From contig OY761159.2 in NCBI GenBank assembly GCA_963664395.2, positions 1,280,001 to 1,344,000 on the forward strand: 64,000 nucleotides of DNA, given 5' to 3'. The notes under the pieces were generated by a model. It was not told the origin of the DNA, made no database searches, and saw only the letters and a program-made list of their open reading frames with translations. Positions 28,853 through 38,844 of this stretch are shown here, one piece after another; within the stretch, counting starts at the first letter, position 1, and every line of letters starts with the position of its first letter. This DNA comes from Candidatus Binatia bacterium (lineage in GTDB: Bacteria > Desulfobacterota > Binatia > Bin18). The position numbers were made by a program, and so were the translations under genes.

Positions 28853-31597
28853 TTATACCAACTCGGCAAGAAGGGCTTGGGCGGCTTGAAAGTCCCGCAT
28901 CGTACGCCCTTCAGTAAACCAATCGGCGGTCTCTGTCAGCACCCGCCGCGCACTCTCTCGTTTGCCCTGTTTGGACCACTGCTGAGCCAAGCTCGTCGCC
29001 GCCCGCAACTCCCACGACTTGGCGCCTTGTTGACGAGCAACAAAAAGGGCCTTCTGAAAGCAACTTTCTGCCTCACTGTTTGATCTGGGAGTGCTCGTCT
29101 GGGCCGAGGGCCTGTTTGCGTCCCGCACCAGCAGCAGCTCCCCCCGCAATCGATATAATTCCGCTTCCGAGAAACGCTCTGCACTGGTGTTGACAACCGC
29201 CAGCGCCTCATCCAGGAGGGCTAAGCCCTTTTCAGTCCGTCCGAGCTTTCCGTACTGCTCGGCCAGAAGCCCGAGGAAGTAGGGGCGGAGGAGTTCCGCT
29301 CCGGTGGCACACCAGGCGGCAATCACCTTTTGCAGTTGCTCAACCGGCGCTTCGTCGTGCGATTGGGCGGCCGTAGCCCAATCTCGGAAGATCGTCCCGA
29401 TCATCTCCCAATCGGGGAAGCCGCACTGTTGGGCGAGTGCAATCCCGGCTGCGGCACGCTCATATGTCACCTCTGCTTCGCGCCGGAGCTGATGGAGAAA
29501 GCCCGTCCAGTTCAAGGCCACCGCCAGACTGAGACTCTGCTGGTGGGCTTCCTCTTCTGCCCGTGCCAGCGCCTCTCGGCTCTTCTGCAGGGCCTGTTCC
29601 GGATAGCCCAGGACCCATAAGGCCAGCGTCTCATATAACAAGCAGATGGTTCGTGGGTCTGTGCCGTATTGAAACGCCAGGGCTTTGTGGTGTTCTGGAT
29701 TATGCAGGGCAACGGCTTTTTGTAAGTGCTCTCGCGCATGGGGGAGCACTCCTTTTTGGAAGATCAGCTCGGCCTCCACGAGTTGAGCCAGACCCCGTGC
29801 GAGCCGCTGTTCATCAGACGGCCAGACCGCCCGGATCAGTGCATACGAAAAGGCCCGACCAAGCACGGCGCCGACTTGGGCAACATCCCGGGCGGTGTTG
29901 CTGAGTTGGTCAAGCCGGGCCATTAATGAATCCTGAAGCGTGCTAGGAATAGCGCCGGTGGGCGAAGGAGCCCCTCTCCCACCGTTTTCGGACAGGCCGG
30001 CCTCGATAATGGTTTTGGTCAGCTCTTCAACAAAGAGCGGGACGCCATCAGTCTGAGCTGCGATATGTTCCACCATGGGCTGGGGAAGTCGCTGGTCGTG
30101 GGCGACGTAGGCAATGAGGTCCTCAACTGGCCGACGCTCCAGACGGTTCAGCGTCAGCAAGTACAGAGAGGGCCGAGGGGGCCACGGAGAAATAAATTCC
30201 GATGAACGAAAGACCAGGAGTACGAAGAGATGGAGCGCGGCGGCCCGCTCGATGAGCATCTGCACAAGATCAAGCGTCGAAGGATCAGTCCAATGCAGGT
30301 CTTCCCACACAATGAGGAGAGGCCGCTCCTCCGATTCTTCAGCCAGCCACGTAACCAAGGCTTCCTGCGTCTTTTGTCGCTGTTGCTCCGGACTCGGCTT
30401 GAGCGGAGCGTAGCGTTCGGGCAGCGCCAAGGCCAATAAAGACGCAAACAGGGCCACACTCTCCTGCGGCAGACGGCGATAGCCTTCCAGGGCGGTCTCT
30501 AAACGGCGAAACTTTTCTTCTTCGGGTTCATCTCCTTGGAACTGCAACCAGCGTTGGAGATGGTCGATCACCGAATAAAAGGCCGTGTTGCGCGCATAGG
30601 ACGAACAGCGGAATTCTCTGCGCGCCTCGCCCGCTTTGGCGACCTGCTCTTTGAGTTCTTGGACCAGGCGAGATTTACCAATGCCCGGCTCTCCACTCAG
30701 CAGCACGACTTGTCCCTCTCGGACCTTGGCCTGCTCCCAACGTTGCTGAAGGAATTCGAGTTCTTCCGCGCGGCCAACCAGGGGAGTCAATCCCGCTGCA
30801 AGAGCCACTTCAAACCGGCTTTGCGCGCCTTCTTCTCCAATGACTTGGTAGACCGAGATGGGAGTCGCCTTGCCTTTGAGCGCATGCGGCCCGAGCGTGT
30901 GGCACTCAAAAAAGCCTTCCACGAGTCGATAGGTTGCCGCACTCATCACGGCGGTATTTGCTTTGGCAATCGATTGGAGGCGCGCAGCAATATTCGGAGT
31001 CTCACCGAGCGCGAGGTGTTCGTGCCGCTCGCCGGCACCCATGTCGCCCACCACGACCTGTCCGGTGTGAATACCAATCCGCAGCCGAATCCGCGGCGCG
31101 CCTTTTCCATTCTTACGGAGAGACGGCAAGCGCCCTGTTTGCCGGAGCTGGCTATTCATATGATTCAGCTGCGCAAGAATGCCCAAGCCTGCTTTCACCG
31201 CACGTACAGCAGCATCTTCGTGGGCAATCGGATAGCCAAAATAGACCAGAAGCCCGTCGCCAAGATATTGGGCGATATAGCCGTCGAAACGTTGAATAAC
31301 TCCAGCGCAGGTATCTTGATAGGTCTGAACAATGTCTCGCCACTCCTCGGGGTCAAGTTGGCCGGCGAGTGCCATTGATCCCACAATGTCGCAGAACATG
31401 ACCGTCAGCTGTCGCCGGCCGGCATGCGGGTCAGGCGCGGGTGGTCGATTTTGCTGAGGTGGCTCTGGCGTTGACTGCGCTGACGACAAGGCGGCCGTTT
31501 CACCAACCGGACGGACCGGCAGAGGAATTCCACATTCGTCACAAAACTTTGCTCCCGTACGGTTGGCTTGCCCACAATTCGGGCACTGCATAGACAT
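28853..31597 (-). CDS. Class III adenylate/guanylate cyclase with Zn-ribbon, AAA-ATPase and TPR domains (probable internal in-frame deletion)
   Basis: CPNCG..FCDECG; FCDIVGS, YLGDG, RIGIHTG, NIAARLQ; GEPGIGKS; EDLHW. Confidence 0.9.
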   Translation of the reverse strand: MSMQCPNCGQANRTGAKFCDECGIPLPVRPVGETAALSSAQSTPEPPQQNRPPAPDPHAGRRQLTVMFCDIVGSMALAGQLDPEEWRDIVQTYQDTCAGVIQRFDGYIAQYLGDGLLVYFGYPIAHEDAAVRAVKAGLGILAQLNHMNSQLRQTGRLPSLRKNGKGAPRIRLRIGIHTGQVVVGDMGAGERHEHLALGETPNIAARLQSIAKANTAVMSAATYRLVEGFFECHTLGPHALKGKATPISVYQVIGEEGAQSRFEVALAAGLTPLVGRAEELEFLQQRWEQAKVREGQVVLLSGEPGIGKSRLVQELKEQVAKAGEARREFRCSSYARNTAFYSVIDHLQRWLQFQGDEPEEEKFRRLETALEGYRRLPQESVALFASLLALALPERYAPLKPSPEQQRQKTQEALVTWLAEESEERPLLIVWEDLHWTDPSTLDLVQMLIERAAALHLFVLLVFRSSEFISPWPPRPSLYLLTLNRLERRPVEDLIAYVAHDQRLPQPMVEHIAAQTDGVPLFVEELTKTIIEAGLSENGGRGAPSPTGAIPSTLQDSLMARLDQLSNTARDVAQVGAVLGRAFSYALIRAVWPSDEQRLARGLAQLVEAELIFQKGVLPHAREHLQKAVALHNPEHHKALAFQYGTDPRTICLLYETLALWVLGYPEQALQKSREALARAEEEAHQQSLSLAVALNWTGFLHQLRREAEVTYERAAAGIALAQQCGFPDWEMIGTIFRDWATAAQSHDEAPVEQLQKVIAAWCATGAELLRPYFLGLLAEQYGKLGRTEKGLALLDEALAVVNTSAERFSEAELYRLRGELLLVRDANRPSAQTSTPRSNSEAESCFQKALFVARQQGAKSWELRAATSLAQQWSKQGKRESARRVLTETADWFTEGRTMRDFQAAQALLAELV

Positions 31598-31658
31598 GCT
31601 CCCCTGTCCCTGGCTTTTGCTGATGTATCCCGAGAGGTTGACGAAGCCGAGTTCCCCC

Positions 31659-32942
31659 TTACCACTCAATAGTCGCTGGACCTCCCTTGTATAAGGTCCG
31701 GACATAGGCGATTACTTTCCAGGCTTCCTCTTCGGTGATCACCCCGCCGTAACTGGGCATTTTATTGCGCCCGGTCATGACCTGCGACATCACCCGGATA
31801 TCACTGCCCGTGCCCTCTTTCCACGCCTCATCCGTTAAGTCAGGTCCCATCCCTCCCCCGCCCCGTAAGCCGTGGCAGCTATAGCAATTCAGCTCCTTGT
31901 AGAGTTCTTCGCCCTCGATGATTGCCTCTGGATTACCCGTATACGGATTGAGCTTTGCCAGTCCGCTGGCCACTGCTTGCCCAGCCTCACCCCGGGCCTC
32001 AGTCGGCTGCTCGTCGGAAGCTTGGGACGCTTGTGGGTCGGACGCTCCCGTGTCCTGTTGAGGATCGGGAGACCCGGTCGGTTGGGGGGCAACGCCGGGG
32101 ACACTGTAGTCGACCAAGATCTGCTGGATTTCTGCTGCGTGCTGCGTCAACAGGCCGTTGAGCGTATTTTTCAGCGCTGTGTCGCTCTTCCGAACGCCGA
32201 GCGCAATGTCATAGACAAAGAGGAGGGACTCCGATTCCGCCTCAGACGACACGGGCACCACTCGCAGTGCGACGGCTTGCTTTTGAGCGAAATAGCCAGC
32301 AATCGGTCCCCACACAATGGCCGTATCGATCTCTTTGTTGGCGACGGCTTCAATAATTTTTCCCGGTGGACTGTCGTCGGCGTAATTTCCAAAGACGCTG
32401 TAGCCAACCACATTGTCCACTAGCCCGCGTCTACTCAGTACATGGGCCGGCGGGCTGTTGGTGTAGTCATCGCCGATCAGGTGAACGCCGATTTTCAGTT
32501 CTTTGAGGACGGGGTCGTCAAAGGAGGACAGGTCGTAGGGCGCGTCTTCGGGATAGACAAAAGCGTAGACCGAACGGTAATATGGCTGCGTCGTCAAGAC
32601 CGTATCAATAGCGGCCGGCAGGCCCATGACCACATCACACTTGTCGGCGTTGAGCGTGCCGCGCAGGAAGCCACGCCGCTGGGGCCACCACGTATAGGCG
32701 ACTGATTGTCCCAACCCACGGGCCAGGATTTCAGCGATTTTATTCTCGAATCCCTCTTGCTGCCGATTAGAAAACGGCAGGTTATTGGGATCTGCACAGA
32801 CACGAAACAGCTTGGCCGCTTCTGAAGTCTCCGCTGCCCAGGCAGCATCCGGGAGGAGAGGGGTAGGCAGGAACAGGAGGAGAGCAAGGCAGGCGGAAGA
32901 AAGGGATACTACTCGTCGTACCCCCTCAGTTTGATTGAGCAT
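31659..32942 (-). CDS. xoxJ: XoxJ/MoxJ periplasmic binding domain fused to a C-terminal cytochrome c (XoxG-like)
   Basis: RVCADPNNLPFSN..EGFENKIA, TTQPYYRS, WGPIAGYF; then NPY..GEELY..CYSCHG..GGMGPDL..MP. Confidence 0.9.
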   Translation of the reverse strand: MLNQTEGVRRVVSLSSACLALLLFLPTPLLPDAAWAAETSEAAKLFRVCADPNNLPFSNRQQEGFENKIAEILARGLGQSVAYTWWPQRRGFLRGTLNADKCDVVMGLPAAIDTVLTTQPYYRSVYAFVYPEDAPYDLSSFDDPVLKELKIGVHLIGDDYTNSPPAHVLSRRGLVDNVVGYSVFGNYADDSPPGKIIEAVANKEIDTAIVWGPIAGYFAQKQAVALRVVPVSSEAESESLLFVYDIALGVRKSDTALKNTLNGLLTQHAAEIQQILVDYSVPGVAPQPTGSPDPQQDTGASDPQASQASDEQPTEARGEAGQAVASGLAKLNPYTGNPEAIIEGEELYKELNCYSCHGLRGGGGMGPDLTDEAWKEGTGSDIRVMSQVMTGRNKMPSYGGVITEEEAWKVIAYVRTLYKGGPATIEW

Positions 32943-32983
32943 ACCTAGATGAAGAGACCTTACACCGGGTCAAGAGAATCCAT

Positions 32984-34801
32984 TTACTCAAGCGCGAAGA
33001 CGTATAACATCCCGCCTTTATTCGTATCTTTTCCGAGATCGGCAAAAGCGCCTACCGCGCCAAGGGCCGCGGTGGGATCGTCCGTTGACAGGTCGGCGGC
33101 GACGACCAGGCCGGACCAACCGCCGATCCCGGACATGATCGCCACGTACTGCTTGCCGTCCGGTCCGAGATAGGTCATGGGCGCGCCAATAATTCCGGAG
33201 CCGGTTTTGAACTTCCACAGTTCTTCGCCAGTCGAGGCGTGTACGGCCTTGAACCAGCCGGCCATGGTCCCGTAGAACACCACATCCCCGCCGGTCGAAA
33301 GCGCACCGCTCCAGGCCGACCATTTCTCTTTGATGCCCCATTTTTTCTCACCGGCAACCGGATCCCAGGCAATGAATTCACCTCGGTGGCCGCCAGGACC
33401 GGGGAACATTTTTACAATCGCTCCAACGTAGGGCACGCCGGCGATATAGCGGACTTTCATACCCTCGTAATTCATGCACAGATGGTTTGTTGGCACGTAA
33501 AAGAGTTTGGTCCGGGGCGAATATGAGACAGGCTGTTGGTCCTTGGTTCCCATTGCACCAGGACAGATGCCTTCCACATTCGTTCCCTCTTTCGTCCGTT
33601 TTTCGGCATTCTCAACCGGGCGGCCAGTCTCAAGGTTAATCTCTTTGGCCCAGTTCACGTGACCGAATTTATCCGCGGCCAACACCTTGCCCGAAGTCCG
33701 GTCAACTTTGTAGGCGAATCCGTTGCGGTCAAAGTGAACCAGGACCTTGTGGGCTTTTCCGTCTCCATTGGCCGGCAGGTCAATCAAGACGCTTTCGTTG
33801 ACGCCGTCATAATCCCAGGCATCATGCGGGGTCATCTGATACGCCCACTTGGCCTGGCCCGTATCCGGGTTGCGGGCAAACAGCGTCATGGACCACTTAT
33901 TATCCCCCGGCCGCTGGTCCGGATTCCAGGCGCCTGGATTCCCCGTGCCATAGTAGAACAGGTCGAGTTCGGGGTCGTAGCTATACCAGCCCCAGGTTGT
34001 GCCGCCGCCGCGCTTCCATTCCTCACCTTTCCAGGTGGACACGCCAAGGTCTTTGCCTTGGTGCGACTCGTACGGAGACGAAAAGTCGTCCCCGATCAAG
34101 ACTTCGGAGTCCGGGCCGGTGCTATACGCCCGCCAGATCTGCTCGCCGGTATCGACATGATTTGCCGTGACAAATCCGCGCACGCCAAATTCACCCCCGC
34201 TCACGCCGGTAATAACTTTGTCACGCACGACCAAAGGCGCCATGGTAATGGTCTGGCCTTGTTTAATGTCACCCTGCTTGACCTTCCACAGCTCTTTGCC
34301 GGTCTTGGCATCCAGGGCAACGGTGTGCGCGTCGAGCTGATTAAAAAAGATCTTGCCGGCAGCATAGGCCGCGCCCCGATTCACCACATCACAGCAGGCA
34401 ATCGGAATAGCATCCTCGTTTTGTATAGGCGCATATTTCCATTTCATGGCGTGGCCCGGATCCGATAGATCAATGGCATACACAATATTGGGGAAGGGCG
34501 TCACAATATACATGGTGTCGCCGATAACCAGCGGCGTGCCTTCGTGCCCGCGCAGGACGCCGGTCGAAAACGTCCAGACGACTTTCAGGCCCTTCACATT
34601 CTGCGTGGAGACCTGGTCCAGGCTGCTGTAGCGAGTGAGGGCATAGTCTCGGCCTGAGGTCGCCCACTGGCCGGGGGTTTTCTGCATGTCGAGCAGTTCC
34701 TGCGAAGCCTGTCCGAGTTCAGAAAAAAGAGGCAAGAGCAACAGTCCGGCAACGAGCAGAACCGTCTGTCCCCCACCCCTTCTTACGAATCGTGTATTCA
34801 T
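32984..34801 (-). CDS. xoxF: PQQ/lanthanide-dependent methanol dehydrogenase
   Basis: ACCDVVNRG, GGEFGVRG, GNPGAWN, WDYDGVNE (extra lanthanide-binding Asp); no mxaI nearby. Confidence 0.93.
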   Translation of the reverse strand: MNTRFVRRGGGQTVLLVAGLLLLPLFSELGQASQELLDMQKTPGQWATSGRDYALTRYSSLDQVSTQNVKGLKVVWTFSTGVLRGHEGTPLVIGDTMYIVTPFPNIVYAIDLSDPGHAMKWKYAPIQNEDAIPIACCDVVNRGAAYAAGKIFFNQLDAHTVALDAKTGKELWKVKQGDIKQGQTITMAPLVVRDKVITGVSGGEFGVRGFVTANHVDTGEQIWRAYSTGPDSEVLIGDDFSSPYESHQGKDLGVSTWKGEEWKRGGGTTWGWYSYDPELDLFYYGTGNPGAWNPDQRPGDNKWSMTLFARNPDTGQAKWAYQMTPHDAWDYDGVNESVLIDLPANGDGKAHKVLVHFDRNGFAYKVDRTSGKVLAADKFGHVNWAKEINLETGRPVENAEKRTKEGTNVEGICPGAMGTKDQQPVSYSPRTKLFYVPTNHLCMNYEGMKVRYIAGVPYVGAIVKMFPGPGGHRGEFIAWDPVAGEKKWGIKEKWSAWSGALSTGGDVVFYGTMAGWFKAVHASTGEELWKFKTGSGIIGAPMTYLGPDGKQYVAIMSGIGGWSGLVVAADLSTDDPTAALGAVGAFADLGKDTNKGGMLYVFALE

Positions 34802-34940
34802 AACACCCCCCTTTGCTTACTCTTCAGGAATCTGGAGAGCATACTCAATCTCTGGGGCACCCCTATCGCTCTCACACAGAGCGAGATTGTGAGCCACTCC
34901 CAGCAGGAGGAAGCTACTCTGGAAGGGCTGGCTTTGTCAA

Positions 34941-35705
34941 TCATGATCTTGAACCAGCCGTATGAGGGTGAGTTCCTCCCCTGGCGCAATCATCCTGCTG
35001 TATCAGGAAGAGACAGGTGTATGCCGCTCCAAGTAGAGCGGCTTCCGCAAAAATTTTTAAGCCTTCCTCAACGCCACCGAGCCATTTCCCCAAGAAATCG
35101 CTTCCCCCTTGGCTCATACCCATGAGGAAAAGAACATCGTTGCGATTCACTATGGCATCAAGCACCCCCATAAGGACGAACAGGACAAATCCACACATCA
35201 CAAGTGGGAGAGCCGCTCGATACTGGACAAGTTCGCAGCGGTAGACATACAGGACTGATGCACCGATGAACCCATACCCCAGCACAATAGCGTCATCGAG
35301 CCGGTCGGTCAGACCGGTCTCTTGGAGCTGTGCAACCCGGTGCACAAAACGATCCAGGGATTCATGAATCCTGGCGACTTCGTCTAGCGCCAGGAAAAAA
35401 AACCCAAGGGTAATCAGCAACCAGACAAAAGCAGGATTGCGCCACACCTCTCGTAGCCTACCGCCCGTCCGACAATAGAATACCCCTCCAGCAAGGCCGC
35501 CGATCGCGAGAAGATGAACAAACGACAGCCACGTAATCGGGTCGCCTTCGCCGGTATAGGCGGTGGGGTTCTGGTGCCAGGCAAAGCCAAGACCGAGGGC
35601 AAGCAAGACAGCAAGAAGGTCAAGGGAGACGAGGGAGAGCAGGAGTGTCGTAGGAGAGCAGGGGAAGGGAGTCCGATTCACGTCGTCACAGTCCTCTCCG
35701 GGCAA
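34941..35705 (-). CDS. Hypothetical multi-pass membrane protein
   Basis: About 6 hydrophobic segments; ALDE...IHE and VEEGLK motifs. Confidence 0.7.
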   Translation of the reverse strand: MPGEDCDDVNRTPFPCSPTTLLLSLVSLDLLAVLLALGLGFAWHQNPTAYTGEGDPITWLSFVHLLAIGGLAGGVFYCRTGGRLREVWRNPAFVWLLITLGFFFLALDEVARIHESLDRFVHRVAQLQETGLTDRLDDAIVLGYGFIGASVLYVYRCELVQYRAALPLVMCGFVLFVLMGVLDAIVNRNDVLFLMGMSQGGSDFLGKWLGGVEEGLKIFAEAALLGAAYTCLFLIQQDDCARGGTHPHTAGSRS

Positions 35706-35721
35706 CCGCGCCGGGCGGCTT

Positions 35722-36684
35722 TTATTTTATCGCATACGCATTCGCCGGTGAGCCAACCCCGCCGGGTAGATTGAGCGGAATGGAAACCAGCATAAACTCA
35801 TAGCTCCCGTCGTGCACACATGCCTGAGCCAACCCCTCAACATCCCACATCTCTCCAATGGGCATGCCTTGCAGGGCAATGAGCCGACGATGCTGAAAGC
35901 CAACTGCTGGGTCTACTGGCAAGGCTTCGACCGCAATATTGTCCGCGGCAATAGCAGCAATCTGTCGATCCCAGAGCCAAGCGGCGGTTTCTTGCGAGGC
36001 GGCCAGACCCGGACAGGCATGCGGCGCTTCGCCGGCTCCCAGAGTGTCTCGCAACGCCTCCCGTCCTCTTTCATCCAAGCTTTTATACCACTCCAGCCAA
36101 CCGGTTCGCAGAATCAGGATATCGCCCGGTTCGAGTTGCACCTTTTGCTCACGCGCGACTTGTTCGAGAAAGGCCCCATCCATCTCGAACTTTTTCGTCA
36201 TGTCGAGCGGCGTCTGCTGCTGTTCCATATAGCGTGCGCCGTCCAGTACAACACCGCGTCCGACTATGCCGTGCTGAGCCCAGTGCTCAATACCGAGTTC
36301 ACCTTTTTCGTCCAGATCGACATCCTGCCGGCCGCCGTAATAGCCATACTCACGAAAGCGAATGTGGCGCAGGCTGTCCCACTGGCTTGAGCCCTGCATC
36401 GCAAAATTATCAACATAGTCGTCACGCCCGCCTCGACCGACTTCGATATGGTGTCGATAGCCTTTGCTCCGAAATCCATCGTAGAGTGTAATTGGGAAAT
36501 CCAGCGGAAGGCTGAGGTTGAACACCTGGCCAGTACGAATCAGTCGTGCGGCGCGCTTGACTTTTTCCGGCGTCAGTAGATTCACTGATCCCATCTGGTC
36601 TTCCAGCCCAAAGACCTCCCAGGCATGGCGCTCTTGTGTCTCTCCAACGTACGGCAGCTCCTCAAACTTCGGAATACTCGACAT
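35722..36684 (-). CDS. Cyclase family protein (kynurenine formamidase-like metal hydrolase)
   Basis: GSVNLLT, SQWDSLRH, GIVGRGVVLD, GDILILRTGW, GVGSPANA. Confidence 0.85.
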   Translation of the reverse strand: MSSIPKFEELPYVGETQERHAWEVFGLEDQMGSVNLLTPEKVKRAARLIRTGQVFNLSLPLDFPITLYDGFRSKGYRHHIEVGRGGRDDYVDNFAMQGSSQWDSLRHIRFREYGYYGGRQDVDLDEKGELGIEHWAQHGIVGRGVVLDGARYMEQQQTPLDMTKKFEMDGAFLEQVAREQKVQLEPGDILILRTGWLEWYKSLDERGREALRDTLGAGEAPHACPGLAASQETAAWLWDRQIAAIAADNIAVEALPVDPAVGFQHRRLIALQGMPIGEMWDVEGLAQACVHDGSYEFMLVSIPLNLPGGVGSPANAYAIK

Positions 36685-36970
36685 CGTTCCCCTCCCGTGT
36701 GCTTGAAACAAAATCCTCTCCTAGCAGAGACATCTGGTGAGGACAAATATCGGGATTCTCAGAATCAGGAAAAGTGACCCTGAGAGCGGCCTTCAATAAA
36801 GAGGCTATTGCCAGGCAGGGAGCTATACAGTCAGGACTTTATCAAATAGAGTGCACGCACGGATTTCACACCGCATCCCCAAAGAGTCTTTTGTCTGCCC
36901 GAGGTGAAGAGAGACGAAGAGAGACGAAGAGCTGAGGTGGGAGCGGGAAATGCAGGAAAGGTAGCACACA

Positions 36971-37570
36971 TTGACACTTGAACTGATGCTCTGGGGACTC
37001 GTAAAGGGCACGACCGGATTTATTGGAATCATTCTGTATTCCAGCTTTTTTGAATGGGCGCTGCACAAGTATCTGATGCACACCCTGCTCCTACCCTATT
37101 CATTCCGAGCCCACGCACTCGTCCACCATGGGCTCTTCCGGGCTGACTCAACCTACCATATCCAGCCTGGAGTTGATCCAAAAAAGGTCACGTTTGCGTG
37201 GTGGAACGCTCCGCTGCTCATCGGACTGCATATGCCCCTCTTGCTCAGCCTAGGCTGGTTGTTTGGTTGGTCCGTGTGTGTTGGCGGGATCCTTGCCCTG
37301 GCAGCCGATTATGTCCTGTACGAATACGTTCACTATTGTATGCACGTCCCGCAGGACCGCTGGATTGAACGCACGCACGCCTTTCAATTCGTGCGCACCC
37401 ATCATTATATCCATCATCGTTACCCCTACCAGAACCTCAACGTGGTAAACGTACTGGCAGACTGGGTCATTGGCACCATGCGGACGGCCAAGGATATTGA
37501 TCTGAGCGCCGACCCAATCGTGCATCCACAGGCTGAGCAGGAGCTGGCAACACCCATTGCCGCGCTCTAG
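36971..37570 (+). CDS. Fatty acid hydroxylase/sterol desaturase superfamily protein
   Basis: His boxes HKYLMH, HALVHH, HYCMH, HHYIHH; transmembrane segments. Confidence 0.85.
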   Translation: MTLELMLWGLVKGTTGFIGIILYSSFFEWALHKYLMHTLLLPYSFRAHALVHHGLFRADSTYHIQPGVDPKKVTFAWWNAPLLIGLHMPLLLSLGWLFGWSVCVGGILALAADYVLYEYVHYCMHVPQDRWIERTHAFQFVRTHHYIHHRYPYQNLNVVNVLADWVIGTMRTAKDIDLSADPIVHPQAEQELATPIAAL

Positions 37571-37613
37571 TCTGGTCTGTTCAGTTCCGAAGTGTTCTCC
37601 GGCAGTGTGAGAC

Positions 37614-38207
37614 CTACCGCGCTTCCTTCTCTCGATAGGACCCCAGCGCGCTACCCGCCCCTTTCCTGATCGTCCGGTGTTCAGGCGGAGTGGGTCGGAG
37701 AACGGCCGGCCACTTGTCGGATTGTGGTTCCGTTCCCTCTTGGGCTGTTGCGGCGGGCGCTGTGTCGCCAAAGACCGGCGTTCGGCGTATGTCGATACCT
37801 GGGACATTATAGCTGAACTCAACCGGAATCCCATTCGGATCAAACGCATAGATCGAATGGATAAAGCCATGATCTATCGGACCTGAGACCTCATAGTCTG
37901 CGGCAACAAGTTTGTCTTTGAGTTCCCATAGCTCATCAGCGGACTCGACTCCAAACGCGACATGGTCAAAGGCAATCGGACCACGGAACGCGACTCCATG
38001 CCGTTTTTCCGGTACTGGCTCTGCTCCGTCCCATTCAAAAAAGGCAACCGTGTCAGTCTCGGACAGCTCAAAGAAATAATGCCGAAAGCCTTGCTCGCCA
38101 AGCGTGGCCACCAGGCGCATGCCAAGCAGATCGCGCCAGAAACGGATCGTCTTATCCATGTCGCCAGTGACAAACGCCAGGTGATTCACACCCGTAAATC
38201 GGACCAT
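37614..38207 (-). CDS. VOC/glyoxalase family protein
   Basis: GVNHLAFV, DHVAFGV, SIYAFDPNGIPVEF. Confidence 0.9.
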   Translation of the reverse strand: MVRFTGVNHLAFVTGDMDKTIRFWRDLLGMRLVATLGEQGFRHYFFELSETDTVAFFEWDGAEPVPEKRHGVAFRGPIAFDHVAFGVESADELWELKDKLVAADYEVSGPIDHGFIHSIYAFDPNGIPVEFSYNVPGIDIRRTPVFGDTAPAATAQEGTEPQSDKWPAVLRPTPPEHRTIRKGAGSALGSYREKEAR

Positions 38208-38305
38208 CGCAGCCTCCTTATTGTTAGCGATTCCTACAAACGCGTACGAAGCATACCATTATCCCCGAATCGGAGGATTGTGTCAGCCATAGTACTCAGA
38301 TTCAA

Positions 38306-38566
38306 TTATGAAGGGGAACGCTCTTGCTCCATATAGGTCCTGGCAGAGGAATAGGACGAGACACTATACGGGACAAGGAACGTCAGGACGATCTTGAACA
38401 ACAACCGAGGAGAGAATTCGAGATGAAAGAGCACATCGTACTGATTGATCACGGTGAGGAGTGGCCCCACGATGCCAGCCACCTTCAGCGCACGCCTGAC
38501 AGTCTCACGCCGAAACCAATAATAGAGGAAACGCCTTCCTCCACCGGACTGATTGCCTGGGGCCAT
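38306..38566 (-). CDS. NrtS-like small membrane protein
   Basis: RRALKVAGIVG.LL..INQ...LTFLVPYSVS. Confidence 0.7.
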   Translation of the reverse strand: MAPGNQSGGGRRFLYYWFRRETVRRALKVAGIVGPLLTVINQYDVLFHLEFSPRLLFKIVLTFLVPYSVSSYSSARTYMEQERSPS

Positions 38567-38686
38567 CGGATATATCTCTCCCCATCCTTCGCCGTATGAA
38601 GTGCACTCTCCGGGCGAGTGCAACATCCTGCAAGCGAGCTTTATATCATACCCTGCCACGGATGTACTGACTCATTGAGAAGGAGG

Positions 38687-38806
38687 GTGGATATTGTGCT
38701 CATCACCGGCCTGTTCAATTCTATGAATCGACTCGCAGACAGGTTGGGCGTCGAGCTTGACCCACAGATGCCGCATCTGCTGGACGCCAACGCGGATAAG
38801 AGGTAA
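38687..38806 (+). pseudogene. C-terminal remnant of an AhpD/carboxymuconolactone decarboxylase-like gene
   Basis: DIVLITGLFNSMNRLADRLGVELD. Confidence 0.5.
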
Positions 38807-38844
38807 ATCGACGGGCGGCCGGATGTATGCTCGGGCCCTCGCCC

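Noticed and set aside
32984-34801. Ca-dependent mxaF
   Set aside because: Has DYDG rather than DYAG, and no mxaI or mxa accessory genes
36906-36931. 10-bp repeat GAAGAGAGAC x2.5
   Set aside because: Short purine-rich intergenic repeat with no supportable function
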